A stretch of DNA of 64,000 nucleotides from Tubiluchus corallicola (lineage: Eukaryota; Animalia; Priapulida), in NCBI GenBank assembly GCA_030141605.1, contig JAQGDQ010000464.1, positions 117,101 to 181,100 on the forward strand, written 5' to 3'. The notes below the pieces were generated by a model. It was not told the origin of the DNA. It did no database searches and saw only the letters and a program-made list of their open reading frames with translations. Positions 63,001 to 64,000 of this stretch are shown piece after piece. A program made the position numbers and the translations under genes. Position 1 is the stretch's first letter; every line of letters starts with the position of its first letter.

Positions 63001-64000
63001 ACTAAGAGTACTCTCTAGCATCTAGACTGGTGAAGTTCATTTCCTGAATCTTGGGATACCCTAACTCAGGACGGAATCATAGGTAATGTTAGATAAATGG
63101 GAGAATATTATTCATATTATCTTGTTAGAATGGGCATCCACATCAAATTGTATTAATTTCTATTAAGATATCTAGAGAACTGTACATCTAGCCAAACTCA
63201 TTTAGGAGCAGTCCCTGCCAGCCTAAAACATCTACTTCAAGTCTGAAGGCATTTACGTTTGATCGCTGTAATCTGTTGAGATCTACAGAAATCCTGAAAC
63301 TCCTAATAAGAATTCACTTAGAAAATTCTGAAATATTTGACACGTAGATTCAATTCTTCTCATCTATTGAGATATATAGTCAAAACTACAACATCTAACC
63401 AGAACTCATTTAGAGCAGTCCCAAACATCTACAAAGGCAATGTTACGCATCTGAATAGGGAAATACACAGAAAGCCTCAATTGGCTTGTTAGAAGACACG
63501 TACATCTAAGATATTGGTATATTCTGAAACATCTAGTCAGAACGTACTTAGAGTAATCTCTAGCATCTAGACTGGTGAAGTTTATTTCGAATCTAGATAC
63601 CTAACCAGACGAACTGTACAGGCAATGTTATACAATGGGAGAACACATCACACATCTCGTTAGAAGGCATCCACATCAAATTGTATTAATTTATTAAGAT
63701 ATCTAGATGAACTGCAGCATCTAGTCAAAACTCATTTAGAGCAGTCCCCGCCAGCCTAAAACATCTACTTCAAGTCTGAAGGCATTTACGTTTGATCGCT
63801 GTAATCTGTTGAGATCTACAGAAATCCTGAAACTCCTAATAAGAATTCACTTAGAAAATTCTGAAATATTTGACACGTAGATTCAATTCTTCTCATCTAT
63901 TGAGATATATAGTCAAAACTACAACATCTAACCAGAACTCATTTAGAGCAGTCCCAAACATCTACAAACAACCCGAAACATCTAGTCAGAACTCACATAG
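45002..64000. repeat. Complex satellite array (monomers ~445-635 bp, shared core, 2550-bp higher-order repeat)
   Basis: Core gtctgaaggcatttacgtttgatcgc(a/t)gtaatctgttgagatc recurs ~35 times; extends past the window end; N gap at 49234-49798. Confidence 0.97.

Noticed and set aside
63000-63235. Highly diverged satellite monomer
   Set aside because: Dense single-base indels look like unpolished long-read error.
45002-64000. Constant core plus variable segments as a CRISPR-like array; repeated MRYIDKTTTSNQ ORFs
   Set aside because: The variable segments are a few recurring modules, not unique spacers; the context is eukaryotic; the ORFs are short TTG-start by-products of the satellite.

Overview
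AT-rich invertebrate animal genomic DNA in three zones. (1) 1-20.7 kb is host euchromatin. It holds the 3' exons of an ELL-family elongation factor gene (occludin/ELL domain), a 51-bp minisatellite, a decayed LINE, several non-autonomous DNA transposons, and a complete 4-exon neurotrophin (NGF-fold cystine knot) gene. (2) 20.7-45.0 kb holds a very large (~16.8 kb) minus-strand Ty3/gypsy errantivirus-like element: AGT...ACT LTRs, PBS, PPT, gag, pro, RT-RH-IN and an F-type env. It also carries accessory genes, most strikingly an intronless nuclear hormone receptor (C4 zinc fingers with an altered P-box plus a truncated LBD) between env and the 3' LTR, and a spliced antisense gene between pol and env. 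A second, rearranged copy follows in tandem, in which the receptor is deleted and a pol fragment is inverted. (3) 45.0-64.0 kb is a complex satellite array with a shared core and a 2550-bp higher-order repeat. All gene models were read by eye; no database searches were run.
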